From positions 1 to 64,000 of the IMG/VR virus record IMGVR_UViG_3300033463_000011: DNA of 64,000 bases. One strand, 5' to 3'. Shown here piece after piece: positions 49,210 to 59,152 of the stretch. The stretch's first letter is position 1, and the number at the start of each line of letters is the position of its first letter. This stretch comes from a virus (taxonomy: Duplodnaviria; Caudoviricetes). The position numbers were made by a program, and so were the translations under genes. The notes under the pieces were generated by a model. The model had not been told where the DNA came from and ran no database searches. It saw only the letters and a list, made by a program, of their open reading frames with translations.

Positions 49210-49849
49210 CATTACAAATGAAATTTTAACCACATTTGGATCCAACAATCCGCAAGTTGGCTGTACTTTTATTGCAGAAGGTGGAACTTTCATAAATATC
49301 TACCCTAAATTAGATACTCACGAAGATTTATGTTGGTGGGTTGAGGAAAACTTAGGTATAGATCTCCCTTATGAAGATGAAGAATATTTTGTAAGAGAGT
49401 ACAACTGGGTCAGATTAAGAAGTGATCCGAGTATGCTAATAATTGAATTACCTAAGAATTATCCTACAAGGAAACAGTGGAATTCAATCGGAGATTGGTT
49501 ATTATTCTGTGAAGATATGACATCACATTATCCAATAGTCCAGGCCAGAGAATTATATATTGGAGTAGTAGATGGAGATTCACATGAATATGAATTTGGG
49601 AAAGAAATTTTCACCGAAGAAATATTAAGATTACTAAAAAGGTCGTACACTTCAGGAAAATTCTATGCTTCGACATATATAAGATCAAATTACTATGATT
49701 ACAGAAAAGACGATTTAGTAAACTTTTATGTTAGTAGCGAAATGAAATTATCTGCTATATGGTATGAAATTCACAGCAAATATGGGAGTAGAGAATTAGC
49801 AGATAGCGTAACAGAAAAGATTGAAGATATTAGGGGTAGGTTGTTGTAA
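49196..49849 (+). CDS. Hypothetical
   Basis: Intact 217-aa ORF. Confidence 0.7.
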   Translation: MHKDNITNEILTTFGSNNPQVGCTFIAEGGTFINIYPKLDTHEDLCWWVEENLGIDLPYEDEEYFVREYNWVRLRSDPSMLIIELPKNYPTRKQWNSIGDWLLFCEDMTSHYPIVQARELYIGVVDGDSHEYEFGKEIFTEEILRLLKRSYTSGKFYASTYIRSNYYDYRKDDLVNFYVSSEMKLSAIWYEIHSKYGSRELADSVTEKIEDIRGRLL

Positions 49850-49860
49850 GGAGAACTAAT

Positions 49861-49995
49861 ATGCCAGTACATCAAACAAAAGGTGGAGGATATCAGTGGG
49901 GTAAATCCGGAAAGATCTATTATGGGAAAGGGGCAAAAGCTAAAGCTGAAAAACAAGGTAGAGCTGCATACGCTAACGGGTATAAAGGAAAATGA
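49861..49995 (+). CDS. Small basic Gly/Lys-rich protein, 44 aa
   Basis: MPVHQTKGGGYQWGKSGKIY...AEKQGRAAYANGYKGK; SD AAGGAG. Confidence 0.7.
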   Translation: MPVHQTKGGGYQWGKSGKIYYGKGAKAKAEKQGRAAYANGYKGK

Positions 49996-50130
49996 AAATA
50001 TATGGACCAATTATTTATGTAATTCTATTAAATTATATTTAATAGAATTATAATTTATATTAAACCATAAAATATCGGATTTTATAATAAGAGTATTTAT
50101 TTTTATTATATCAGGTATTATAATATTAAT

Positions 50131-51435
50131 ATGATATTGAAAACCTGGAAACAAAATATAAAACATATTTCTTCTGCGGAGTATGAAATACTACGTAAGA
50201 TGTGTAGATTGTCTAAAAATGTATATAATACTTCTTTATATAATATTAGACAACATTATTTTGCTGAGAAGTCATATCTTAGGTTTGAAGCTAACTACCC
50301 TTTAATGAAATGTGATGATAATTATAGATTATTAGGTGCTAACGTAGCTCAACAAACTATGCGGTCTGCGGACCAATCATTTAAGGCGTTCTTCGGGTTA
50401 TTGAAGTTAGCCAAATCTGGCAGATATGAATCCTGGAGGATTAAATTACCTAAATACTTGGATAAAGATGCATATTATCCAATAAAATTTGCACAGGCCG
50501 CTATAACTGATGGCAAATTACTTGTTCCAATGTCTCCGGAAATGAAGAGAGTTACAGATACTAGAATAAGAATACAAATTCCTAAGTATTTAGCAGATAA
50601 GAAAATTCATCAAGTTCACATAATCCCTAAGCATAATGCTAAGTTCTTTGAAATAAGATATATGTTTGAAGATATTGAGGAGGGTATCAATTATGATTTA
50701 GATAGAACTAAAGCACTAGCTATTGATTTTGGTATCAATAATTTCTGCACTTGCGTAACTAATGATGGTAACTCATTTATAGTAGACGGTAAAAAATTAA
50801 AATCTATCAATCAATGGTACAATAAAGAATTGGCCAGACTGTCATCTATAAAAGATAAACAGAAGATTAAGCATTGCACAAATTTACAGTATTCCAAAAT
50901 TAATAAGCGGAATAATCAAATTAATGATTACATTTACAAATCGGCTAAATTTATAATTAATTATTGTGTAGAGCATAAAATCGGTAATCTAGTAGTTGGC
51001 TACAATGATGGCTTCCAAGACAAAGTAAATCTCGGTAAGGTTAATAATCAGAAATTTGTTATGATTCCATATGGTCGACTGAAGGACAGGTTAGAATATC
51101 TTTGTAAATTACATAATATTAATTATATCTTACAAGAAGAGAGTTATACTTCTAAAGCGAGCTTCTTCGATTACGACGATGTCCCTGTATGGAATCCTCA
51201 AAATCCTAAACAAGGTAATTTTTCGGGTAAAAGAATTTCACGAGGCCAATATCTAACTCAAGATAAAACTGTAATTAATGCCGATGTAAATGGAGCGCTG
51301 AATATTTTAAGAAAAAGTAATGTTGTAAGCTGCAAAGCTTTATACAGTAGTGGCGACGTGATTACGCCTTTAAGAATAAGGTTGGTCAGAAGCAATTCTG
51401 GTGGAAACTTAAACAGCAAACTTCTTAATAATTAG
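50131..51435 (+). CDS. tnpB: TnpB RNA-guided endonuclease, no TnpA
   Basis: YN...Y..RQ, AIDFG, QEESYTSK, NADVNGALNI. Confidence 0.92.
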   Translation: MILKTWKQNIKHISSAEYEILRKMCRLSKNVYNTSLYNIRQHYFAEKSYLRFEANYPLMKCDDNYRLLGANVAQQTMRSADQSFKAFFGLLKLAKSGRYESWRIKLPKYLDKDAYYPIKFAQAAITDGKLLVPMSPEMKRVTDTRIRIQIPKYLADKKIHQVHIIPKHNAKFFEIRYMFEDIEEGINYDLDRTKALAIDFGINNFCTCVTNDGNSFIVDGKKLKSINQWYNKELARLSSIKDKQKIKHCTNLQYSKINKRNNQINDYIYKSAKFIINYCVEHKIGNLVVGYNDGFQDKVNLGKVNNQKFVMIPYGRLKDRLEYLCKLHNINYILQEESYTSKASFFDYDDVPVWNPQNPKQGNFSGKRISRGQYLTQDKTVINADVNGALNILRKSNVVSCKALYSSGDVITPLRIRLVRSNSGGNLNSKLLNN

Positions 51436-51664
51436 TTTTATACAAAATCGTTAATAGTAATTAACAATTTTTATAATTCTATTATCATAACAATTATTCA
51501 ACCTCTTGCACTTTTAACTACAGAAGAAATCATTGAACTATATAATGAGGGCATGCAAGGTTCTTAAACATATCGCATCGGGCGAGATCTTAGTTCTCTG
51601 AAATTTTCTAAAAATATTAGATAGATTAGTAAGGAATTGATATCAACTAAATCTCAAGGTTAAA

Positions 51665-52516
51665 TCATTCATCAGATTCAGAATAGTATTCATCAGAATA
51701 ATTAAAGGCTTCTTGAACGCTAATAGCTTCTTCAAGTTGCCTTTTTAATTTTTCCTCAGCACCAGGACGTGCTGCTACTAATTCATCGAACGGGATACCA
51801 TACATCTGAGACATCTTAAGTAAAAATGAATCTTCTAATTTAGATTCTCTTTCAAGCATTTCATGAATGATTAAATCTTCAATAGAATCATATTCGTCAT
51901 TATATAACTCATCAATTCTATCTTCGACAACAGTTGCCGCAGGCTTATAAATAGAGATATCATTAACATCAGCATTATTCATTGTGCAGAATATTGCTCT
52001 AAGAGCTTCCATTTGGTCAGGAGGTAATTTAACTTTAGCAATATCTTCATAAGTAACATCTGACCAATACTTGCCTAATTGTTCTCCTGCTTTCATACAT
52101 AAGGAGCGCCGCAATGTCCACTTGACATTATCAAATTCACGCTCCATACACTCTGTTATTCTCGGTTTAAAGAAACTAGTAAACGCTAAATCAGTTCTAT
52201 ATTTTTTACCTATCTCAGGAGTAAACATATATTTTGCCCATAACTGATTACTCATAAAATGACAAATCGCTGATTGATATTTATCCTCTAAAGTAGCAGT
52301 TTGATTATTAACATATTTTGTTTTCGCTATATACCAGAAAAAATTATCATTCAACATAATAACTTCATCTCGTATATCTGTATAAGAATCTCTTTCTGCT
52401 AATGTAGTTTGCGGAAGAAAACTATACAGCTCTAATGTACGTAATTTAATCCAATCAACATTTTTCAACGATGATTTATCTAGTTGTGTTGGGTAAGAAG
52501 AACAATAATAATCCAT
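51665..52516 (-). CDS. Divergent sigma-70-like factor
   Basis: Region-2-like RDEVI.LN..F..YIA...ED.YQ.A...AFTSFF.PRI; C-terminal HTH-like segment. Confidence 0.55.
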   Translation of the reverse strand: MDYYCSSYPTQLDKSSLKNVDWIKLRTLELYSFLPQTTLAERDSYTDIRDEVIMLNDNFFWYIAKTKYVNNQTATLEDKYQSAICHFMSNQLWAKYMFTPEIGKKYRTDLAFTSFFKPRITECMEREFDNVKWTLRRSLCMKAGEQLGKYWSDVTYEDIAKVKLPPDQMEALRAIFCTMNNADVNDISIYKPAATVVEDRIDELYNDEYDSIEDLIIHEMLERESKLEDSFLLKMSQMYGIPFDELVAARPGAEEKLKRQLEEAISVQEAFNYSDEYYSESDE

Positions 52517-52559
52517 AACTAATCACCTCAGGAATAGAAAACAAAAGTATTATTATATG

Positions 52560-53150
52560 TGACATTTGGAAATGTTCTTGATAATGAACCTATAAATAAA
52601 TTATATATAAAACTTAGAAAATTTAAAGTAAATTTCATATAAAATCGAGAAAATTATTATGAAAATTTTAAAATTTAATCTGATCGTAATAATTGAGATT
52701 GCAGGTCAATTGTCAGTATTTTCTATAAAATAAATTTTAGAATTAGAAATTACCAAAAACCATTAAAAATTAACAGAATTTTAGATATTGTGTTAAAATG
52801 AGCCACTTTTTGAAAATATCAGAGAATTCACATTTTTAGCAACTATAAAATCAACTAAAATTTTACTTTAGCAAACTAAAATAATTAGGTCAATTCTCAG
52901 AATATGCGAAATTTTGATCGAAATATAAATATAGAAATATAAATCTTGAAATATAAATAACTTAAAAGAAATATAAATTAAATAAGTAAAAGTAAATTAA
53001 ATAAATAATTTAGTTCAAAATCTTGTTCGAATTCATATTTGTATTTGCCCGCAGGCCTATCCGCCAGCGTCAAACCCTGCGTTGACCTGATTCGCCCGTT
53101 GACCTATTTCTTGTAATTCTAAAAATTTTTTAGAAAAATTTGCGTTCTTA
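52560..53150. other. Putative replication origin
   Basis: Very AT-rich, ORF-free; GAAATATAAAT x4 at 52920, 52934, 52948, 52968; upstream of replication genes. Confidence 0.5.
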
Positions 53151-53152
53151 TA

Positions 53153-53181
53153 TTGATTTTGCGAACAAGACATCATATACT
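53153..53181 (+). promoter_or_regulatory. Sigma-A-type promoter
   Basis: TTGATT-17 nt-TATACT. Confidence 0.6.
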
Positions 53182-53210
53182 ACAAAACATTACATCAAAA
53201 ATAGTCCAGC

Positions 53211-53308
53211 AGATACCGCTGCTAGGTGTGTCACTTTAAAGTCGATTTGTAGTGCGGTATCACTCAACTCCTCATTTTAGAGACTCACCTAGTAGCGGTA
53301 TTTGTTTT
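53211..53308 (+). ncRNA. Candidate structured sRNA or attenuator
   Basis: About 22-bp stem 53211-53232/53282-53303 followed by T-rich tract. Confidence 0.45.
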
Positions 53309-53362
53309 AGCTATTCTGAATCGTTATGATAGTGTATCAATATTGTATCTGGAGGTAGTGAA

Positions 53363-54277
53363 TTGAAAGAATTAGATGATAAGCAATTGAAATACCTCGA
53401 AATATATCCTTCAGAAGTTGCTGCGAATAAAATTTTATCTCACATGGACAAAATGTTGGAAGATAAGCCAAAAGTATATAAGAAGACTATTCTTAGATAC
53501 AAACAGCTGGCGAATATATTAATAGCATGTTTAGATAAAATTAATAAATTTATTGAATCTGAAACATTATTATCATCTGATGATACAGAGTTTGATGAAT
53601 TAAGCAAGCCTTTGGAAGATACTATTAAGCCATTTAAGAATTCTGCAGAACTTAAAAGATTGTCTGACAGCACTGAAGAATTTGATGAAATGCACACTAG
53701 TGCAAAAGAAAAATATAATACTGCATCAAATATTGCTCAATATAGTTCTATATTGCAAACGGGTGCTAATGCAGAGTTTGGTTATGAAGAAATTAATCAA
53801 TGTGCAAGATTAATTAATATGTGGTTCCAAGCAAGAATTCCTAGATCTTCCAAGAATACAGAATTCAGATATAATGTTAGCCAGATTCCCCTTTGGATTT
53901 CTCACATAATAATAACATACGGATATTATTTTGAACAAGGTAAAGTATACGATTTTGAACAGGAATTAAAGCATTGGTGCAAAGAGATCCAAGAAGATCC
54001 ACATAATACATATAGAGTTCCTTATTGCGTATATAATATTGGTCGTTCAGACAATCATGAATATTATACATTATCTGCAGTTTTGATTTCAGACATACTT
54101 TTAGAAAAATGCTATTATCCGATGTTAGATAAATGCAAGGGTACAAATTGTGACGTAGCGTCAATCGTTAAAGCGAATAATCCAGGGTTATCTGGAGCAA
54201 TAAGAACACGAATTAATAAGCAGGACGAATTACTTGAAACACTTGGATTTACATCTACTGAAGGAGGTAATAAGTAA
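53363..54277 (+). CDS. Hypothetical (replication operon)
   Basis: SD GGAGGT, TTG start. Confidence 0.7.
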   Translation: MKELDDKQLKYLEIYPSEVAANKILSHMDKMLEDKPKVYKKTILRYKQLANILIACLDKINKFIESETLLSSDDTEFDELSKPLEDTIKPFKNSAELKRLSDSTEEFDEMHTSAKEKYNTASNIAQYSSILQTGANAEFGYEEINQCARLINMWFQARIPRSSKNTEFRYNVSQIPLWISHIIITYGYYFEQGKVYDFEQELKHWCKEIQEDPHNTYRVPYCVYNIGRSDNHEYYTLSAVLISDILLEKCYYPMLDKCKGTNCDVASIVKANNPGLSGAIRTRINKQDELLETLGFTSTEGGNK

Positions 54278-55506
54278 TGTTATATACCTCTGGACATAAG
54301 ATAAGATTCACAAACATTTCTGAAAATTATCAAGTGAAAAAAGCATTTAAAGGCACATTATCTTCACTTCATTCGTCTGTTATTACTTATGTTATTGCTC
54401 ATTATGAAGGAACTAAGAAGTATAAAGAGCAGGTTGTAAAAATACTCAACATTATAACATATGCAGTATATGCAGCGGAGCCTCTTCCATTAGATTGGTC
54501 TCCTCAAAATCCTTTTGTAAATATCCCTATAGTAGAAGATGATGCTATTCAAGAAGTTTTAGGTAACATCTATTTAACTGTAGATGGAATTGAGTGGGAC
54601 ATTGAACCTGTAACTCATCCGCAAGAAAATGTTACTGAATTAAAACCGGTTACAAATAGTGAGAAGAAAAGCTACATTGTAAAAGAGCCTACCCAATCAT
54701 TATTTACTCCAGTTACTTCTGCAGGTTCAATTAAATCTGCAACATCAACACCTACACAGGATCTTTCTGTTAAACCTACAGATCCGCTCGATTTATATTT
54801 GCAAGCACCTGAAGTACCTCAGTTTGATATAAACAAGCCATTTATTTCAGGAGTAGATGGAGCAGATAAACTCGTTATATATACAACTTTACCTGAAATA
54901 CCTAGGAGACAACGAGATATTTCAGTAACAACAGATATTAATAAGATGTCTGATAGCGATTTAATGAATTTGTTTCCTAATCATTTTATTCGCACTCGTG
55001 CTGAATGCATGTATGACGATGTCGGATTAGATACAGATGAATTGTTTGGTAATATTATTCCAATTGAAGGATATACAAAAGAGCAGGTCCTTAAGTGTAT
55101 AATTGAGTATCCGCATCTTTATAAACTCGCAAGACATCAATCTGGATTACAAGCAGGAACAAATTATCCTGCATTTTACGGATGGATGGAAATTGAAGGC
55201 GAGTTAATTCCTACTATGGATATCTGGGATACACTTCCTGTATCTAAACAAATTCCTCGTCAAGCAGAATATGTCAAAGAATATGTAGTAAGAAAATATC
55301 TTCTTGATAGAGATATTAATAATTATTATTTCAAATATCCGTTGTTTGGAGACCTGCAACCCTTCTTAACATTAGTAATGCCTGCAGAAGAATACATCAA
55401 GCGTGGATATGATCCACTAGAAATAGCAAAACAATGCGTTAGAAGTAGAGTTGCTTTTAAGCAATCGAGAAATCCAGTTTTAAGGAGGTTGAATAAAGAT
55501 GCATAA
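54277..55506 (+). CDS. Hypothetical (possible initiator)
   Basis: Position before DnaC-like and helicase genes only. Confidence 0.6.
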   Translation: MLYTSGHKIRFTNISENYQVKKAFKGTLSSLHSSVITYVIAHYEGTKKYKEQVVKILNIITYAVYAAEPLPLDWSPQNPFVNIPIVEDDAIQEVLGNIYLTVDGIEWDIEPVTHPQENVTELKPVTNSEKKSYIVKEPTQSLFTPVTSAGSIKSATSTPTQDLSVKPTDPLDLYLQAPEVPQFDINKPFISGVDGADKLVIYTTLPEIPRRQRDISVTTDINKMSDSDLMNLFPNHFIRTRAECMYDDVGLDTDELFGNIIPIEGYTKEQVLKCIIEYPHLYKLARHQSGLQAGTNYPAFYGWMEIEGELIPTMDIWDTLPVSKQIPRQAEYVKEYVVRKYLLDRDINNYYFKYPLFGDLQPFLTLVMPAEEYIKRGYDPLEIAKQCVRSRVAFKQSRNPVLRRLNKDA

Positions 55507-56086
55507 TTGTATGTTTACTGGATTCTGCGTAAACGGTGAATGCGATAAATCGTGTCCTGATTATGTAGAATCTACATACCTCTTAGAACGGAATAATATT
55601 TCGCTTAACAGTAATGTATTTCACGCAGACCCTAAGTTAATTCAAAAATATTCTAATATCATAACAAATTCAGAAGGTAATTTAGCCACTGTAATTGCAA
55701 GTAATACAAATGATGCTGCAGAATTACTTACATATTGTGGTATATGTAAATATTGGAAACACAGTAGATTAAACACTGTTGTTTATAATCTTAGATTCTC
55801 TCAGTATATTGATAATATTCAAAAAAGTTGGAATGCAAAAGTAAATTCTGATGAAATGGAATATATCAATAAATGGCTGGAAAAAGCAAAGTTAGTTATT
55901 ATTTCTAATATTGACTATGTAAATTTTAAAGAGTTTCAATGCCAAACATTATTAACTCTTATTCAAAATAGAGATGCAGATGGATTATCTACTATTGTTG
56001 TTTCTCCTAATATAAACTCGCTCGCCGGAGATGGAATGTTCTTCGGCAGAATGAAAAAGATTTTTACAGATTCTACTGTTAAGTGA
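55499..56086 (+). CDS. Degenerate DnaC/IstB-like helicase loader
   Basis: N-terminal Cys cluster; LVII..ID...LI..R...L.TIVVS; no clear Walker A. Confidence 0.5.
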   Translation: MHNCMFTGFCVNGECDKSCPDYVESTYLLERNNISLNSNVFHADPKLIQKYSNIITNSEGNLATVIASNTNDAAELLTYCGICKYWKHSRLNTVVYNLRFSQYIDNIQKSWNAKVNSDEMEYINKWLEKAKLVIISNIDYVNFKEFQCQTLLTLIQNRDADGLSTIVVSPNINSLAGDGMFFGRMKKIFTDSTVK

Positions 56087-56095
56087 TTAGTATAA

Positions 56096-57448
56096 ATGAA
56101 CGGATCTATAGAGTTACAAGTAATATCTAAAATAATATCGTCTCCAAACGATGACGCTGTTCTCGATGAGCTTTGTAGTTTTGATGAAAGTTACTACGGA
56201 GTTCAAGAATTGCATGATGCAATAGCGTTTATTTTGAAACACAGAGAGAATTATGGATCTATTCCAGATAGATTTACTTTCCAAGCAGAGTTCCCAAAAG
56301 TAACTATTGTTCAAGTAGATGAACCTGTTGAATATCTTGTAAGTGAGCTAAAGAAAAATAAACAGCACATACTGTTTATGGAAACATTCAACAAGCTTAA
56401 AGATCTAGGTTCTGGAGATATCAATGAAGCATGGGACTATCTAAGTCAACAGTGCGATTTATCTGCTCAGTTGAATGATACTGCTCCAATGGATATCATT
56501 CAGTCTGCCCAAGAACGAAGTGATCAAGTAGCGGAGTGGAGCAAACAAACAAGAATTCCTACAGGATTTGCGGAAATTGATAAACTAAGTTATGGAGGTT
56601 TATCTACTGTAGAGGAACTTGTTGTATTGATAGCCCGAACAGGTATTGGTAAATCTTGGTGCTGTACTAAAATGATGGAGGCAGCACAAGCAGCAGGTTT
56701 CAATGTAGCTTATTATTCTCCCGAAATGCAAGCAGCTTATCTTGCTACACGATTTGATACTTGGAGAGCACATTTTAAAAACAGTGATTTATTCCGTGGG
56801 CAATATAGCGAAGAATACGCAAAATATATTTCAGATTTACCTAAACAATTATCTCACGCATTTGTAATTGAAGATAAAGATATGCCTGATGGTGTATCTC
56901 CAAGGCATCTTTCTGCATTTGTTAAGAAAAACAAGATTCAATTACTAATAATTGACGGTATTTCTTATATGGTAGACGACAGAAAAGGATTTAGCGATCA
57001 TGAGAAATATGGTAACATCTGTCATGATTTATTTCAGTTGAGTAAGAAATATGGTTGTGCAGTAGTTATTGCAACTCAAGCAAACAGAGAAACAAAAGAA
57101 TCAAAAGATGAAAAGGGCGTGCCGTTCCCTACAATTTATAACATTTCTGGATCAGATGCTATTGGTAGAATTGCTACTCAAGTATATGCATTACGCCAAG
57201 TATTTGACAAACACGTATTTGAAATTCGACTTGAGAAGTCAAGAATGGCACTCAATGAAAATAATACATTATCATATTCTTGGGATGTTAACAACGGAAA
57301 TATGCAATACTTGCCTGGTGGAGCTGATGATGATCCGATGATTAATACACCTAATATTGATACAAATATTTTACCTACATCTAACGGTCCTGAGCCTGAT
57401 ATTATTCAAGGACTTGATCTTACAAGTGATCCGGATATGGAATTCTGA
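56096..57448 (+). CDS. dnaB: Replicative DnaB-like helicase
   Basis: IPTGF..ID, ARTGIGKS, SPEM, IIDG, TQANR, SDAI. Confidence 0.9.
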   Translation: MNGSIELQVISKIISSPNDDAVLDELCSFDESYYGVQELHDAIAFILKHRENYGSIPDRFTFQAEFPKVTIVQVDEPVEYLVSELKKNKQHILFMETFNKLKDLGSGDINEAWDYLSQQCDLSAQLNDTAPMDIIQSAQERSDQVAEWSKQTRIPTGFAEIDKLSYGGLSTVEELVVLIARTGIGKSWCCTKMMEAAQAAGFNVAYYSPEMQAAYLATRFDTWRAHFKNSDLFRGQYSEEYAKYISDLPKQLSHAFVIEDKDMPDGVSPRHLSAFVKKNKIQLLIIDGISYMVDDRKGFSDHEKYGNICHDLFQLSKKYGCAVVIATQANRETKESKDEKGVPFPTIYNISGSDAIGRIATQVYALRQVFDKHVFEIRLEKSRMALNENNTLSYSWDVNNGNMQYLPGGADDDPMINTPNIDTNILPTSNGPEPDIIQGLDLTSDPDMEF

Positions 57449-57491
57449 ATCGTTATAGTATGTAACATCAATAATACTGGAGGTATGCGTA

Positions 57492-57839
57492 ATGTTTGCT
57501 ATCGAATGTATCAATAAGTTTTACAAATATCACAGATATGTAGGATTACGAGATACTAATCTTCCGTATCTTGTATATGAAGGTAATTCAGATTGTCCTA
57601 AAGATATTCACGATTTTCAAACAAAAGAAAACGCAGAAAAGTATCTTGCTAACTTTATTTCTCGTGAAAACATAGATGTAATGAAGCTTGGAATATCTGA
57701 AATGGTTGATATTGCATTAGTTAACAATTCCAATAAATTTAGCATACTAGAATATTCAATTGACAATGACAAGTTAGTTGTTGTTAATGAGTATCCTCAG
57801 GATCAATTTACACGAAAAGAATGGTGGCTATCTCAGTAA
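57492..57839 (+). CDS. Hypothetical
   Basis: Own promoter motif and SD GGAGGT. Confidence 0.7.
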   Translation: MFAIECINKFYKYHRYVGLRDTNLPYLVYEGNSDCPKDIHDFQTKENAEKYLANFISRENIDVMKLGISEMVDIALVNNSNKFSILEYSIDNDKLVVVNEYPQDQFTRKEWWLSQ

Positions 57840-57848
57840 GGAGTTAAA

Positions 57849-58013
57849 ATGTACGAGTGTTTTCATTGTGGATGTAAATCTGTTGTATGGAACGCAGATT
57901 TTGATTTCAGCGATTTAGAATACGAAGGTGAAGGCATAGTTCATTTACTTCACTGTTCAAATTGCGGAGCTGATATAGAATACAGACTTGCTATTCCGGA
58001 TAAGGAAGATTGA
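57849..58013 (+). CDS. Small Zn-ribbon protein, 54 aa
   Basis: MYECFHCG...CSNCGA. Confidence 0.7.
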   Translation: MYECFHCGCKSVVWNADFDFSDLEYEGEGIVHLLHCSNCGADIEYRLAIPDKED

Positions 58014-59047
58014 TGGAAAATGTAGAGCAAATACTGCATAAGATGGAAGAACTTGATATGATCCGCTTAGTGCGAATCACAGGAAATTATTATCAAGTTC
58101 ATTGCCCTAATGTTGAAGGACACATAGGCGGAGATAAACATCCATCATGCGGTGTTTTGTTACAGGATGAGATAAGAAATGGTCAATCGTTTAAAGCTGG
58201 ATGGTGCCACTGCTTTTCATGCGGATATTCACGAATGCTTCCTGGAGTTATTTCAGACATTCTGAAAAGAAAAAACATTAATCAATCAGGGCTAGCTTGG
58301 CTCAAAGAAAATATACCTGGATTTGAAGTAGACGATACAAACTTTGATTATTTGATTCCAAAAGAAATTTCAGCAGATATAGTTAATAAATACGCAGTAG
58401 ATTATTTAAACTCATTAACACAACCTAAGCAAACATTTATTAGTGAAAAAGAATTAGCATCGTATCGGCTTACTGTTCCGTATATGTATGAACGAAGACT
58501 CACGGATCCAGTAATTGAGAAATATGATGTAGGTTTCGATGCTAACTTTAGGCCTGAAGGAAGTAAAAACTCTATTCCCTGCGTAACATTTCCTATTAAA
58601 GACATTCACGGTAATGTAGTAACTATTTGCAGAAGAAGTATCAAAGGGAAAAAATTCTTCATGCAAAAGGGCATAGAGAAACCAGTATATGGAGTATATG
58701 AATTACCTAAGAATGCAAAATCAATATGTATATGTGAAAGCATATTTAATGCATTAACTTGTGTAACATATGGATATAATGCTGTTGCGTTATTAGGTAC
58801 TGGAACTCAATCCGAGATTGATCAGCTCCAACAGCTAGGTGCACAAGAATTCATATTATGTTTAGATAACGATGATGCGGGGCACAGAGGTATACGCAAA
58901 CTTAAAAAAGCACTATCCGGATTAGCTATTGTATGGACAATGACCATTCCTCCATTAGTAGATCCCGAAACTGGTGAGGTAACAAATAGAGATGTAAACG
59001 ATTTGACTAAATCGGAGTTTGATTACTATTACTCGTTAAAAGAATAA
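58013..59047 (+). CDS. dnaG: DNA primase (Zn finger plus TOPRIM)
   Basis: CP..H...HCFSCG; ICES; LDND.AG; D.ND. Confidence 0.88.
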   Translation: MENVEQILHKMEELDMIRLVRITGNYYQVHCPNVEGHIGGDKHPSCGVLLQDEIRNGQSFKAGWCHCFSCGYSRMLPGVISDILKRKNINQSGLAWLKENIPGFEVDDTNFDYLIPKEISADIVNKYAVDYLNSLTQPKQTFISEKELASYRLTVPYMYERRLTDPVIEKYDVGFDANFRPEGSKNSIPCVTFPIKDIHGNVVTICRRSIKGKKFFMQKGIEKPVYGVYELPKNAKSICICESIFNALTCVTYGYNAVALLGTGTQSEIDQLQQLGAQEFILCLDNDDAGHRGIRKLKKALSGLAIVWTMTIPPLVDPETGEVTNRDVNDLTKSEFDYYYSLKE

Positions 59048-59067
59048 TAGGAATTTTATAAAATCGC

Positions 59068-59096
59068 TTGATTTTTCTTCTATTGTATATTATAAT
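59068..59096 (+). promoter_or_regulatory. Sigma-A-type promoter
   Basis: TTGATT-17 nt-TATAAT. Confidence 0.75.
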
Positions 59097-59152
59097 TTAT
59101 ATAATTCAACACAGGATATCAATATTTATCAATACTTCAGGAGGAAGAACTT

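Noticed and set aside
50131-51435. Cas12 effector or catalytically dead TnpB
   Set aside because: No CRISPR array nearby; D, alternative E and D residues are present.
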